DNA of 64,000 nt from the human T2T-CHM13v2.0 reference genome, Homo sapiens (GCF_009914755.1 NC_060945.1), one strand, 5' to 3'; numbered from the stretch's first letter, positions 28,586 through 44,802 are shown. Made by a program: numbers and translations. Notes: a model not told the origin generated them from the letters alone.

Positions 28586-31559
28586 CTCTCCAGGAATCGC
28601 TGTGGGTGCATTTCCCTGAGATTGGCTTTGAGAAGGCAGAAACTGCTGAATATGCCACACACTGCAGTTGAGGCTCAGCTTCTCAGCTCTTTTTGCTGTA
28701 TGTGAAGTGATAGCCAGGTTTCCACCAGGGTCTAATGAATCATGAGGGGAGGTCAATGGGCAGCAATTTCTCATTGCCTGGGGTCACCTCTGGATGTGGG
28801 AATCAGCGACAAGTAGGTGACTAACGGGAAGGACATCCAGGAAAGAGAGAGAAGAGAGACGAGGCGAGACGAAACTTTGCTCCTCCTAAGAGTTCTCCAG
28901 AGTCTTTCGACATTTTATCTTCTAGAGGACAGAATTCTGCTTGCTAGTATTTAGCGAATTGAATTTTGTCCTTAGAGACGTGCACACTGCTCCCATTGAC
29001 TTCAATGGGAGTAATGGGCCATTTGGTCCCGCGACATCTGTGTTGGCTTCAGGCTATTTAACAAACTCCTAAACAAATCCCAATAAAGTGCTCTTTAATG
29101 GGTACTTAATTCTGGTGTAGGGGCGGGTGCTAAGCACACCTAAGTCCTTTCTTTTCCTTTAGGTTTACTAAGTTTCCTCCTTTTTATGGTGTGATAATTA
29201 CTAAAGGCAAGAACCCTGAGTCAAGCAGTATAAAACCCACTCACAGTCACAAGGCTTGTGCTTTTATTGATCTCAGTTGGCCTGTTTATTCTCTGGGTTC
29301 CAATTTAATGGCTCAATTGATTATTCATTTACATTTTTAATGTCTTTGTGGGCAAAAATCATTTTAACTTGAATCATCTCTCAATGGGCGACATACGAAA
29401 TCATTTTGGATTGTAAATTTCAACAAGTATCTATTGAGTCACTGAGCACAGGTGAACTTGACAAAGATGAAAAGGACATTTCAGTTTCTTGTAGAAGATG
29501 ATGGAAATGATAGTTTGGTGTTTGCTTTGAAAAATGGATGTCACATATGTGTGGCTCACCTGACATCAGAGAGTGGTTAGAATATCAAGTTTTCTGTCAT
29601 TTACTTACTAATTATATTTTGTCTAAATACAATTTGAAATCTACAATGCCTACGTCTTTAGTTGAACTCTTTCTTAAATTAAATCCACGAGTTTCAATAT
29701 TATTCATTGGTATGTTTTCCTTTTAGATGGTCCAGCTTTGCTGTAGAAATGGTGAGAGATGATTATACTACAGAGTTCACAACATAATGAGATATAGCTT
29801 GATTTTATGAGCTCACAAAATTTCATGTTTAGCAAAAGTAGGCAACATGCAAGATCTAACCACACTTATGTTTAAAACATGATATTCTTTTTCAAAGCCC
29901 TTTAAAGTATGCGTGTGGATTTGATTAGATAATGATTTATTCCTTCACAGCAAGCAGGTAAAGTTCTAAAAATATGGCTGCTTGTAGCTTATTCTTCTTG
30001 ATGGGACTGTTTCGAATACAATACTTATAAAATATATACCCACTCACTTAGAATCTTCAATTCTTTCTAAAATGAGATGAGGCACAAGAAAATACATAAG
30101 TGCATATTTCCAACCACACTCGTCACTTTTATCTGACTATATAAAATGGAACCAGAGTTTAACATCAAAGAGGAGGCACATATTCATCCTTTGAGGAATA
30201 GTAACTGCTAGTGCTTGGCGAAAGGGGCAGTGAAAAGCGAAACCGTATTGCAAAGTTTGACACTGTTTCACTTTACTAACTTTCACTTGTAATTTTCATA
30301 ATCTTATTACAAAATGTGTAGATCAAGGAAAGCAACTCATTTCAACTCTTGGAGAAAAAAAATTCAGACAATCAATGGTATTATTCTATCCATGTGGAAT
30401 TACTAAACTGTTTCCTCTATGTCAGGTTTACGACAGGTAGCAGATTATAAACATAAATAAGATAAAATTAGGATGCTTAGAAATTTCCAGTCTTACAGAC
30501 ATGTAAACAGATATTTGAAATATAACTTGGGATTCAGTGCTTTTGCTTCCAAAGTGCTAGTGAACCCTCTGGTGGTCTCAGAGAGCTTTAAGGAAGAGGG
30601 AAATTTGCGTGCGGTCGTGGAGAATGAGGGAGTTCACCACCGTGAAGGTCGTGCAAAGGATCATCCAAAGTGAGGTGCCAGCCTCAGAAAACAGGAGTCA
30701 GGAGAACATGGGGATATTGAAGAAATGATAGATTCTTCATCATAACTCATGTGAGAGTACAGGCAGTGAGGGAAGCTAGTGCCTGAGTTAATGAAAATGA
30801 AAATGGCTGGATGATGAAGAGTTTTGAATTAGAAGAAATTCAACTTTATTATGTGGACAATGGAGGGTCACTGCCTGACTTTAAATAAAAAGGGGCCTGA
30901 ATTTTTGAAAAATTCTGGACAATAAGCAGAAAGCAGAGGGGGGTGGTGCCAGTAAAAGAAAGTTCAAATGGGGGCGGGTCAGAGATAGTGGCTGATGAGG
31001 ACTGGACTCCAAGCAGGCATATTTCCATCCTGCACCCTGAACAAGCACATGGAGCAAGCTTTATTAAGCACTCATCAATGGGGATTCATAGTCCCTTTCC
31101 CATGACATAATCCACTCTATTGGTACAACCTCTAAATGAATTCCTCTTTGTTAACTTACGTTAGAAACTTTTCTAAACATTTACATAGCTACTTATCAAG
31201 TTGGAATCATATTCCATGGTCATTTTCAATTGTGGTCATAGTCTTATTAGAGCTGGAAAAATGAAAATACATGTTTAATATTGTGATTGGATTATAACAT
31301 ATACTGATAAGATGATATTTCTTTTAAAAAAAAGTTCCCATATATTTGATGATAAAAGGATCGTTAGAAAGGATCAGCAAACAAAAAGAAATGTGAATTA
31401 TATACACATGCATTATTAAATTACTTCAGAATATTCAGTTAGCTTTATATAAAAGAGCATTTTTATGCTCCATCTGATGAGTTTAATGACTATTTGATAC
31501 TTTCGTTCTGTTTGTTCAGAGCAGACATGGTCGGGTGAGGTCTTGTGTGAGTCCCATAC

Positions 31560-31817
31560 CTGTGCTGTCTTCATACACCACGGTCACTGTTTTCCAGTTG
31601 TAATAGAGGACCAGATCCAGGATCGCCCTGCTGATAGCTGCATAATCTGGGTAAAGGTTGATGTAAAACAAATCTTTGTTGTCCACCGAGGGGTGTTTCC
31701 AGCGGGTCTGTATGTGTGGAACTTCGAGAGCATTGCAAATAGACTGCACAGCACTGACGGAGGAGCTATGGGAAGGGCCAAAGAGAGCAGCCACACCAAG
31801 AGCCAGCTGGTCACATG
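31560..31817 (-). CDS. GRIK1: GRIK1 internal coding exon, likely exon 3
   Basis: Acceptor catcag|CA TGT GAC; encodes (A)[85 protein letters not shown]; donor ACA G|gtatgg. 258 nt, phase 1-1, in frame with the flanking exons. Confidence 0.97.
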
Positions 31818-32872
31818 CTGATGCCCAAGGACAAGGAGAGGATGGGGAGGGAGGGCAGGGAAAGGGGGAGAGAAAAAGAGAGTTCTATGAATTTAATTTT
31901 TTCTTTCATGATTCCTCTTTTTAATGCAACTATTGAAAAATCTTTTACAATCCCTGTCTGCATATTGAGGAAATACGGTTGGTCCAACTTCCAACTTTCT
32001 TGAGCTGCTAATATACTGATAGATGTAAACTTAGAACTGATTAGCAATATACCAACAAGGCCAACTCCCTGCTGGTCTCACTTTATTACCTTTAATCAGA
32101 TGGAGTCTAAATCCCTTGCTTGGTATGGTGTTACCTGAAAGCACTCCTAGTTACCAACAAGCCCTTTGCCAAATGAGTGTTGTATGAATTAAGTTCTGTC
32201 ATGCAGCAGGGTGGCATTGAAAATATTAATGTGGTTATAAAATTAATGTAGAACCTCTGGGTAACTACAAAGTGCTTTAGCTCCTATCTTTCCAAAACTC
32301 AGAAAGAAGTTCCAGGTAAATGAAATACTGCTAAAGAATGTTCATAAGCAGTGCTGCTGTCTAATTAATTTTCAAATAATGAAATAGCATAGCTTAAAGG
32401 GATCTCAGAAGACATTTTGTCCAACCCACTCATTTCATAGACAATGAAGAGAGTCATGGCCACTGGACAGGAGCTTTAGCTCAACATCAGGCCTCTTTCT
32501 ACCCCAGGGTCAGCTGACAGGTAGCCTAAATACATCAAGTCAATATCTACTGAAAAATTTAGTTGTAACATAAATGTATTTTTCTCATTATAAGAATATA
32601 AGCACTCACTGAGAGAATTTAGAATATTTAAAATTAGGGATAAAAAGGCTCTGGGATTCATCCTATCATTTTGGAATAATATCTATTAATATTTGGGAAA
32701 ATTAGAATCATTATATAAATACAGTTTGACATATTACTTTCTTTAACACTATAGCATGTCTTTTTTTCAAGTCCTTACAAATTCTCCTAAAGCATATTTT
32801 TAGTGTCTGTAGAATAGACCATTTCATAGGTGTGTCATCCCTTATTTAAGCATTCCTATAATATTAAACATT

Positions 32873-33175
<303 letters not shown>

Positions 33176-34405
33176 TTAAGCTGCTCCTAATTTTTGGCTA
33201 TTATAAATAATATTATAGCACTTACCTTAGCTCTTATATTTTTCTCTGAATCTTGTGCTACTTTCTAAGAGTAGATTTCCAGAAGTTAAGTTACCAGTTA
33301 TAATTAAGGGGTATAGATAGTTTGAAGTCACTTGAAACATATTAACCAAATTCCCTTCCGGAAAGGTTGGGGCAGTTTGCCCTCTACAACCATGTAAAAT
33401 AGTGCCTATTAATCTTATGTTGGTAGGAATTAAATAAGAGCTTAAACACACTTTCAAATTTATATTTTAATTCTGCAAATTTAGAACGGTCATCAGATAA
33501 TTAAATATCAAATTAGCTAAATTAATACATAAAATTGTATTGAATATTAATATCATTCTACAAATAAAAATAGTTTGAAAAATGATATGGCTCTGTAGTT
33601 ACCTGACTTAATTCAGACAGAATAACTGATACAACTTTGACAGCCATATTGCAGGTATCTAAGGAACAGCAAATGTTTACAAGAAAAACTTTCTGCTACT
33701 CTGCTCTTTGGTAGTGAACTACTGCATTAACTACGAAGATGTACAGTTTTGTCCATTATGTGCTGGAAGTGTAAACTGTCATTGTCTTCAGAAGCTTATT
33801 TTCTGGTTAGGTTTTCATTATTTAGCCAGATAAAAGGAGAGTATGGGAGTGTGTGAACTCCAGCATGTGGAGCTGGATAGTGTTGTTCTATCCAGCATAA
33901 GCAATGGATTGAGATTCCTGTTAATAGTTAGCTCTGTGGTACTAATATTATTTGACAGAAAATCAATCCTTTTGAATTCTGTTTGCCAGCAAATTACCAG
34001 TTTTAAGAAGCTCTGGGGGTGTTTAACTGACAAGTAAGCCAGGTACTTCAGACCACAGGAAAGCTTTCGATTTTTATGTGGCTAGAGTTCCATTGCTAAA
34101 TGTGGTTGGCTTTCTACAGTATTTGCTCCACAATGTGTAGGAGTGTTTGTGTCTGTTTGCATAGGTGTATGTGTGTAAGAGAGAGCGATGAGAGAAAGAA
34201 AAGTGATAGATCTATCTCTACATTATAGAGATAATTTATGTGAGGATAGCTTGGAAACTTTAAAATGCTGTATAAGTATATAGTTTTATTATTTGTCCAT
34301 AGACAATTTTGACCCATATGATATCTCAAAGTCTACCCATTTTTAAAAAGAAAATATCTTTATACTTAAGTCAGGCCATAGATATAAAAATATTATGTTG
34401 TTAAT

Positions 34406-34703
34406 GTTTTTTGTTTTGTTTTTGAGACGGAGTCTCGCTCTGTCACCCAGGCTGGAGTGCAGTGGTGCAATCTTGGCTTACTTCAGGCTCTACTTCCCGG
34501 GTTCACACTATTCTCCTGCCTCAGCCTGTGGTAGCTGGGACCACAGGCACCTGCCACCATGCCTGGCTACTTTTTTTTGTATTTTTAGTAGAGACAGAGT
34601 TTCACCATGTTAGACAGAATGGTCTCGATCTCCTGACCTCGTGATCCACCTGCCTCGGCCACCCAAAGTGCTGGGATTACCGGCATGAGCCACTGCGCCC
34701 TGC
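34406..34703 (-). mobile_element. Alu (AluY-like) with TSD
   Basis: Antisense Alu; TSD TATGTTGTTAAT at 34394 and 34704. Confidence 0.95.
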
Positions 34704-35727
34704 TATGTTGTTAATTTTTTATCTGTGCTCCTAAGAAAATAAGTTTTATATTTTGTTTGCAAAGAACACTAGAATTCTTGCAGGAGGCTGTATCAGGTGG
34801 ACACAACCTATGATCTAACTAGATTAATTCTACATGGAAACAACCAGCATTTAGTAACCTGGAAATCAGCATAAACATGGTGTTCATTGTGTTTCCTTAT
34901 TTGTGTGTATTTAGTAGGCAAGGATTCCTCTCTGAGGCAAAGAACCCCCCTAATCTGGGGTGATGAGTAGCCTTTGTTTCCACATAAACACATTTATTTA
35001 GTGACTAGATAGTGTCCCTGTTAGAAGCCAACCCTCAACTATGTGATCTTACTTCAAAGACTTGTCCTAATATTGTCTAGAAGATGTCTAAGCAAGCCCC
35101 ACAATTCCGAATGAATCTTTCCATGAGAGAAACCTTGCAGCCAACATATGAATTAGATTACTTTTTAGGCTAGGCACTTGGCTTCAGTTCAGAAGAAAAA
35201 GAGGATCGGATGTAGACATTGCTCTCACAGGTTTAATCTTCATATTTCTATGATTTTGTGGAAAAGAGTAAAAAAAAGTTGAGAGGATGCTAGGTAAACT
35301 CAGTAGTTTACAACCTGTTAAAATTCAGGGTGTGAGTTATGTGTGTCCTGGGCATTTCCACATGCTCAGTGGATTGACCTTCCATAATGTTTTATTTGAC
35401 TGCACCGCACGATTTCATGGTGGTATCTCAGCTTCAGGAAGGAAAAACAGATCAAGCTTGACATTTTCCATTCACAGCTGAGCTAGTTAATCATAGAGTG
35501 GAGGGCACTGAAGGGTAAGCTCATCAGAAAGGCCCAGAAAACAGTGCTCAGCAACGTCCATTAGGTTAGTTCAGATTACACTGATCAGTGACATCGAAGA
35601 CCCAGATTTCCCGCGACCCATTTGCACAAAGATGCCCGCTTTAAAAGAGGGCAGGTAGCAAAAAGAAGGTGACTTGGAGAGCAGACATATCACCCAAAGA
35701 AGCTTTTAAAAGTGGGAAAATAGTTAC

Positions 35728-35895
35728 CTCTCCGCGAGGCTTCAAAACTATCAAAAAGGTTAATTCTCTGGATGTCATAGGTTAATGTGGTGTTAGGCAT
35801 CAGGGTTCGGTTTCTGTTAATGCTGGTGACTGCAAACTTGAAAGCTAATTCTTCAACATTAACAGGCTCATTTTCCACTGTTTCAAAAATCCCTC
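35728..35895 (-). CDS. GRIK1: GRIK1 (glutamate receptor ionotropic, kainate 1) internal coding exon, likely exon 2; amino-terminal domain
   Basis: Minus strand ...ttgcttctgcag|GA GGG ATT TTT GAA... encodes (G)[55 protein letters not shown], then G|gtaact donor. 168 nt, phase 1-1. Matches the GluK1 sequence as I recall it. Confidence 0.97.
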
Positions 35896-35925
35896 CTGCA
35901 GAAGCAAAAGAGATGCATGAGAAGC

Positions 35926-35932
35926 GTTAGTC
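35926..35932 (-). promoter_or_regulatory. Likely branch point for the exon 2 acceptor (GACTAAC)
   Basis: Minus strand tgactaAc: near-perfect branch consensus with the A about 32 nt upstream of the exon, followed by a pyrimidine tract and CAG. Confidence 0.7.
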
Positions 35933-35949
35933 ACATGGTTCACATGTAA

Positions 35950-36249
35950 TTTTTTTTTTTTTTTTTTTGAGACGGAGTCTCGCTCTGTCACCCAGACTGG
36001 AGTGCAATGGCACGATCTCAGCTCACTGCAACCTCCGCCTCTGGGTTCAAGCGATTCTCCTGCCTCAGCCTCCCGAGTAGCTAGGACTGCATGTGTGCAC
36101 TACCATGCCCGGCTAATTATTATATTATTAGTAGAGATGGGGTTTCCCCATGTTGGCCAGGCTGGTCTCGAACTCCTGACCTCAGGTGATCCACCCGCCT
36201 CGACCTCCCAAAGTTCTGGGATTACAAGCATGAGCCACCACACCCGGCC
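35950..36249 (-). mobile_element. Alu (AluS-type) 54 nt upstream of the exon 2 acceptor
   Basis: Poly-T then full antisense Alu ending cacccggcc. Confidence 0.95.
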
Positions 36250-37244
36250 AGTAAAAAGAAGAATGTACATATACAAATAAGAGACCCCAAATGATAAATA
36301 GAGTAATAGAGCAGATCCTAAATCCCGGGCTAAAAGTGAAGTTTATCAGCATGTGCCACATGCAGATAAATAGGACTAACTGCATATGTATGCTTAAGAT
36401 TTTAAATCCAGTGTTGGACTGTATACCATCTCTCAGATGGCAAATGTGTTCCAAACATTTAGTGGTATAAAAGTGTAACTGATAATATGGCAGAGGACGA
36501 TTTTCTGTGATGTGGACAAGAATTGCACCATGCTCGATCTAAACATAATTTGAGCTGTATCCTTGTAGGACCATTCTTCTTTAGAATGAAGATCTTTCTA
36601 TTCAGAAGCCTACATTCCAGACTCTAAGGGGATCATGCAGAGTTGATGGGATCAAAATGACACATACATACTGTTAGATTTTTCAAGATAAAAATGTCCT
36701 TTTTTGTGCTTCATGGCTCAGAATTCTGAGATCATATTCTAGTACTTTCCAAAGTGCATGAGAATATTCAAAGAACTGGTTTTTTTTCTTTCTTTTCTTT
36801 TTTTCTTTCTTTCTTTTCCTTTTTGTTTTTAGAAACTGTTTAGTCCAAAGCAAACCTGCATCTGGTAACTGAAGAAATATGTCCCTTCACTGAGCAAGTG
36901 CACATGTTCTAGGTAGGCTCTGGTGTCTTAAACATGAGGATCTCACTGCAAGTAACAGTACAAAATGTTAGTGCTTAAAGCCTCATCAGAGAATGAGCTC
37001 TGATTTTGCTTGAGACATTGATGTTTGACAGAAACAATGTAAGTGTTGTTAACTGTACAGTTCTTAGATGTTTTCTGAGAGACGTCCTAGGATTATTAAT
37101 AGACACAGGGCCTACAGTGGAAGCTTTCTTAACCCATCTCCATTTAAGTTACTCCTTGATTGACCAATACTCCTCATTTCTTTTGAAAGTACATGTTAAC
37201 TGATGCTCATGGAATGCTAAACACTTGTAACTTGCAGGCTGACA

Positions 37245-37262
37245 TATCTATATCTATATCAA

Positions 37263-37305
<43 letters not shown>

Positions 37306-37314
37306 ATATATATA
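37245..37314. repeat. (TATC)10 / (TA)n microsatellite forming the tail of the adjacent Alu
   Basis: Direct reading. Confidence 0.92.
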
Positions 37315-37598
37315 TTTTGAGATGGAGTCTTGCTCTGTCGCCCAGGCTGGAGGGCAGTGGTGCAATCTTGGCTCATTGCAACCTCCGCCTCCCAGGTTCA
37401 AGCAATTCTCCTGCCTCAGCTACCTGAGTAGCTGGGATTACAGGCATGCACCACCATGACTGGCTAATTTTTGTATTTTTAGTAGATATGGAGATTCACC
37501 ATATTGGCCAGGCTGGTCTCAAACTCCTGACTTCGTGATCTGCCTGCCTCAGCCTCCCAAAGTGATGGGATTACAGGCATGAGCCACCGTGCCTGGCC
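37315..37598 (-). mobile_element. Alu (AluS-type)
   Basis: Full antisense Alu; CAGGCTG flanks both the microsatellite and the Alu. Confidence 0.95.
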
Positions 37599-39647
37599 CA
37601 GGCTGCTATTTTTTATCTACTCTCAGGATTGAGTGATCCCTTACCAAAAGTCAGTTGTAGGTTTTACCTAACTTGTCTATGCTAGGTTGATTTACAAGTG
37701 CTCTCAGTTCTCTCTCCATTCAAAGGGGGAAAAAAAAGAATATAGAAAAAGTCTGAAACGAAAATCACAAATACGCATCATGCGCGTCATTTATGTGCAT
37801 TTTTTGTTAGAAAGGGAACTCCAATGGACAGACTGTAATTCAAAGAAATTACCCTGATCCTACTTTGAAAAAAATGCAATAAACAAATACACATCTGTAA
37901 TGTTCCTGCTGAAATGACTTTATTAAATAACTAACTACAGTGTTGGGTTGTGAAAGCTAAGATGGTTTATAGTGAATTATTTTGGCTCCTTTTGGAAATA
38001 TTTCGGGCTTTTGTAGACTGATAATATGGGACATTCAGGTATAGATAATTTCCCTGGTTTCTGAGAAATCATAGTTGAAAATTGTATGACAATACACCTA
38101 CTATGTACCCACAAAAACTGAAATTAAAAGAAGGAAAATTACATGACAGAGTTATTTGGTAATGTTAACCTTTACCTAAGGAGCCATTTAAGACCTTTAT
38201 TTGAAATGAACGTAAGGAAAAATGTTGCTGTTCAAGTGAATTTTGTGTTTTACTTTTGTCAGACAATGGTAGGGAGAGACTCTGGAGTTGATTTTCAGTT
38301 TCTCTCAGAACTGTTGGTGGATGCTCAACAGTGAGGTGACAAGATGATGCAAAAGACACTTGGTCACCAGAAGGTGGACATAAGTCCGTCTTACTGCCAC
38401 CATCTAGGTGACCCATACAGAGGGCTGCCTGGCGATAGGGCTTCCACAGTGATTATGAACAATGACTTGTTTACTTGTCTGTCTCCTCAGCCCCACAGGG
38501 AGAGCCCGCATGTAGAGAGACTGTGTCTTACTCAGAATCAGCATCCTTGGGGAGACCAAGGCATCTTTAGGACGTTCAGGCTGCAGGTATTTAGGGGAAA
38601 AGTCAATCACTGGCATGGATGTGAGCACCATTAATCTGTGCAGGGTAGGCTGCTTGGAGGAAACAAATACCTGAATAGGAAACAGAAATTCTGAATTTTG
38701 AAACCTGATCTACCTACTTCCTCTTTGAGAAGGATTTTTAAGTATCAGAAAGAAAATTATTATGAAATAGCTCTTTTACATATGTTTAATTACACTTTAT
38801 AACATTCAAGGCAGGAGGGTTTTTTTCCATTTTTATAAATGAAAAAGTGAACAAGAAGATTACACATTACATCCTGCTTATTCAAAATCACAGTCTTGTC
38901 TGGGACTGACTCAGTTGTCTGAATGTCCAAAAAATGTAAATGTTTTCATTTCATCAAGTTATTTCTGTTGTTCTTTGTCTCATACATGTGAGCTAATAGT
39001 GTTGTCTTGCTTCCCTTGGAGAATTGCTCTATAAAGCAAATGAGAAAATGTAATCAAAGTGCCCTGAAAACTCAAAAATTCCCTAGAAATAAGTTTTTTT
39101 TATTATCGTACCTGGATAATGGAAATAAAAAGAGGAGTTGGCACCAACTGGTGAACTGACTACTTGCCTCAAAATTATTCTTTTGCTATGTAGTTGTCTA
39201 TCACATAAAGCCAAATGAACCTGGGTTTAAGGGAATTACAAGTGTTTTCATTATGTGCTTGGGTAGTGTGTAGGTGAACTGTTTTGTCACTTTCAGAGCA
39301 ATTTTTTTTTCATTTTTTCATCAAACAGGCATTATGAATGGTGTCATTAGCTCAAGACCCCATCACACTCTCTTTCTTCAAGAGAGGGTTGCGGATAAAT
39401 GCGAAAAATCTACTGTGGTATGAGGTAAATAGAAAGCTGGAGATGTACCAAAAAAGTGAGATCTGACAGAAACAGGAGAAAGTTATTAATAGGAGCCAGA
39501 CCATTACCTCACATGTGGGCAGACTGTTTAACGATCAGCCACTTCCTCCCTCCTTCTCCTCCCCATAGCTTCAGATACAACAAAACGAGATGTAGAGTCT
39601 TTAATAAGCAGAATAAAGGGGCACACACGTTGGGGCCCTTGCATAAT

Positions 39648-39742
39648 TTCCTCCTTCGGTCTTTCCTTCTCTCCTTCTTGTTCTCTCTTTCCCTCTCTTT
39701 TTTTCCTTTCTTTTCCTTTCCTTTCTCTTTTCTTTCTTTCTT

Positions 39743-39780
<38 letters not shown>

Positions 39781-39928
39781 TTCTTTCTTCCTTTCTCTCT
39801 TTCTTTCTCTCTGTCTCTTTCTTTCTTTCTCTTTCTTTCTTTCCTTCTTTCTTTCCTTCTCCCTTTCTTTCTCTCTCTCTGTCTCCCTCCCTTCCTCCAT
39901 TCCTCCCTTCCTCCCTTTTTACTTCTTT
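39648..39928. repeat. Long polypyrimidine/polypurine low-complexity tract (TTTC/TC/TTCC)n
   Basis: About 280 nt that are almost purely C/T on the + strand. Confidence 0.95.
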
Positions 39929-41039
39929 TGTATAATAATTGTGAGTGTGAGCTGTCAATGAGACGTCTGAAGGCTTTAGGGGTCTTCATGTTGTGAACCT
40001 CTGGCCTCATTCATTTGGAGGCCCATTGGTTTGAGATGAGAAATCCCTACCTTTTTCATCCCTCTGTTCCTCTTCCTCTCTCTGTCTCTCATTTGAGCTT
40101 AGCTGACTTCTACTCCTAACAATGATGTGGACCATGGAAGGGTTAGGAAATTGAAATAAAAATCTAGCTTAGGCTCAAGGAAGAGAGGCAAAGTTGTCCC
40201 CTCCCCTTGTATTTTTGAAATTTCCCAAGCCAGGGCAGTGGGTGAAGGGAGAAGGCAGGACTGAGAGCTCAGGATGAAGAACAAGCTTTTTCATTCTGCT
40301 ATAATTCTTGAGAGAAGTAGTGCATGACAGATGGAACACAGGAGGGTGAGAAACCTCAAAATCGGCAGGCCTGGGTTGTCCATGTTCTCTTTCATTGCTC
40401 GTGTGTACCTGAAGCATGAGAAGTATTGTTAAACTATTTTTTTATCATGTCTATGTCGTAGATCAGTTTGAGTCAGTACAGATCACCTGCCAGTCTTTAT
40501 AGACTGGAAATGGTTGGGCAGTAATCCTTTGTCTGATCATCATTAGGAAGCTTGATCAACGGTCAAGGTGCATGCTTAATATCCACCTCCCCAGCCTCTT
40601 CTCCACCTCACCCACCATTGTCGAAGCAAAGGGTTGGAAAGTGAAAGAAGTTGGGCTTTTTCTTTGAGTAATGAGTCTGTCTTATGTGAATATTTGTGCC
40701 ATTTAAAATGATAAGGGTAAAATCATACTGCTTGTAAACACCAGAATAGATAAGAATTCTGAAAAATTAATGCTTTTTTTATTAATACACGTTCGTATTT
40801 AGGATTTACCTATGAGGACTTTGTCCTGATTGCTCCCACTGTACTTTTCTGGGAAGCATAGATGTTGGTACAAATAATGCTGATGCTAAACTGGTCTGTC
40901 CTTCATACTCTGTGTTCCCTCACCTGAGACAAGGTGCCACATATGGTCACTAAACAAAGGGTATGAGACAATAATGCCTGTGCCTACATTCTGGAGTAGC
41001 TTTGAAACTCAGAAGCGACTTGCTTTCTTGGTAAGTCAC

Positions 41040-41867
<828 letters not shown>

Positions 41868-42949
41868 TAACAAGATTCTGACTTTACAGCGCAGTAATTT
41901 AAGATAAGCCAAGAGGAATTCACTTGAAATCTTGGTTTAGACAGCAGAGTTCCGTCACCACAGGAGCATTTCTGTCTGTTTTGGGTAGACTCTTGAACCA
42001 GTGAAGTGCAGCGAGGACGTAGGCAGTTGTGTTTTGTGACTACCTAAACACAGATGGAAGCCACAGCTGGCAACATCCTGTACACCTGGCAGGTGGCCTT
42101 TAAGGGGGGATGATGGGTGCAATGAAGGGTTGCCATGAAGGATGTTGGGTTGTGCCACATAATTCCATCTAGACTTACAGGAGAATTGTTCTGAATCACA
42201 ACTCTACAACTGCTGGGTCAACAACATAATCATTGTAGGCAAAGGGTAACACTTAGAGAAGGCTAAGGTCAATAATGTGCTATTCGTGAAGACACCCAAG
42301 GTAAACCCACGGCAATGGCTTCCAAACTTTCCCTTAATCCCACATTATATGGAGAGAATCAGAATGTCAAAGGGGTGGAATTCAGCAATCTTAATATGAA
42401 AAAAACCATGCCTGGCTCTAGGTCTCACTGATTGACTTTTTTTTTAGGTTCCAAGGATACTTCCTAACCTGCTTTTCAATCACTGTTTCCATGGAACAGG
42501 GAGCTATCCGAATCAACTCAGTGTAACATGGTGGAAATCAAGCCATTGTTGTGGGTAAGAACCTTAAAGGGAGGCAATTCCACTGCTGCCTACTGATTCC
42601 ATCTGTCTCTAGATGAGGCCTGTGCTGAGAGATTAGTGAAAGTATTAAATTTACCCTCTTCTTCCCAAAAGGAATTTCAGACAATGTTTCATTGTGGCAG
42701 AGAATCCATCTCATTTAATGATGGAAAAAACAAACAAAAAAAACACAGGAAAATAATGGTTTTCTATCTTATTCCTCTCAAAGGAATATATTGTTCTGAC
42801 TCAACTTACCTTGTAATGGTAAATATATTCCAACGATAACCATTTCAGAAATGCAATAGAATTAAAATCCACCTATATTTAGTTGTTGTTGTTGTTCTAC
42901 TTCAATTCATGGTTATATATATTATGTCCATGATTCTACTGAATAACTC

Positions 42950-44802
<1,853 letters not shown>

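Noticed and set aside
31543-31924. Plus-strand ORFs overlapping exon 3
   Set aside because: Antisense shadows of a coding exon and the adjacent purine tract; no independent coding evidence.
39456-40010. Long Lys/Arg/Glu- or Phe/Ser/Leu-rich ORFs (also at 49185-49479 and 52573-52821)
   Set aside because: Stop-free translations of simple repeats.
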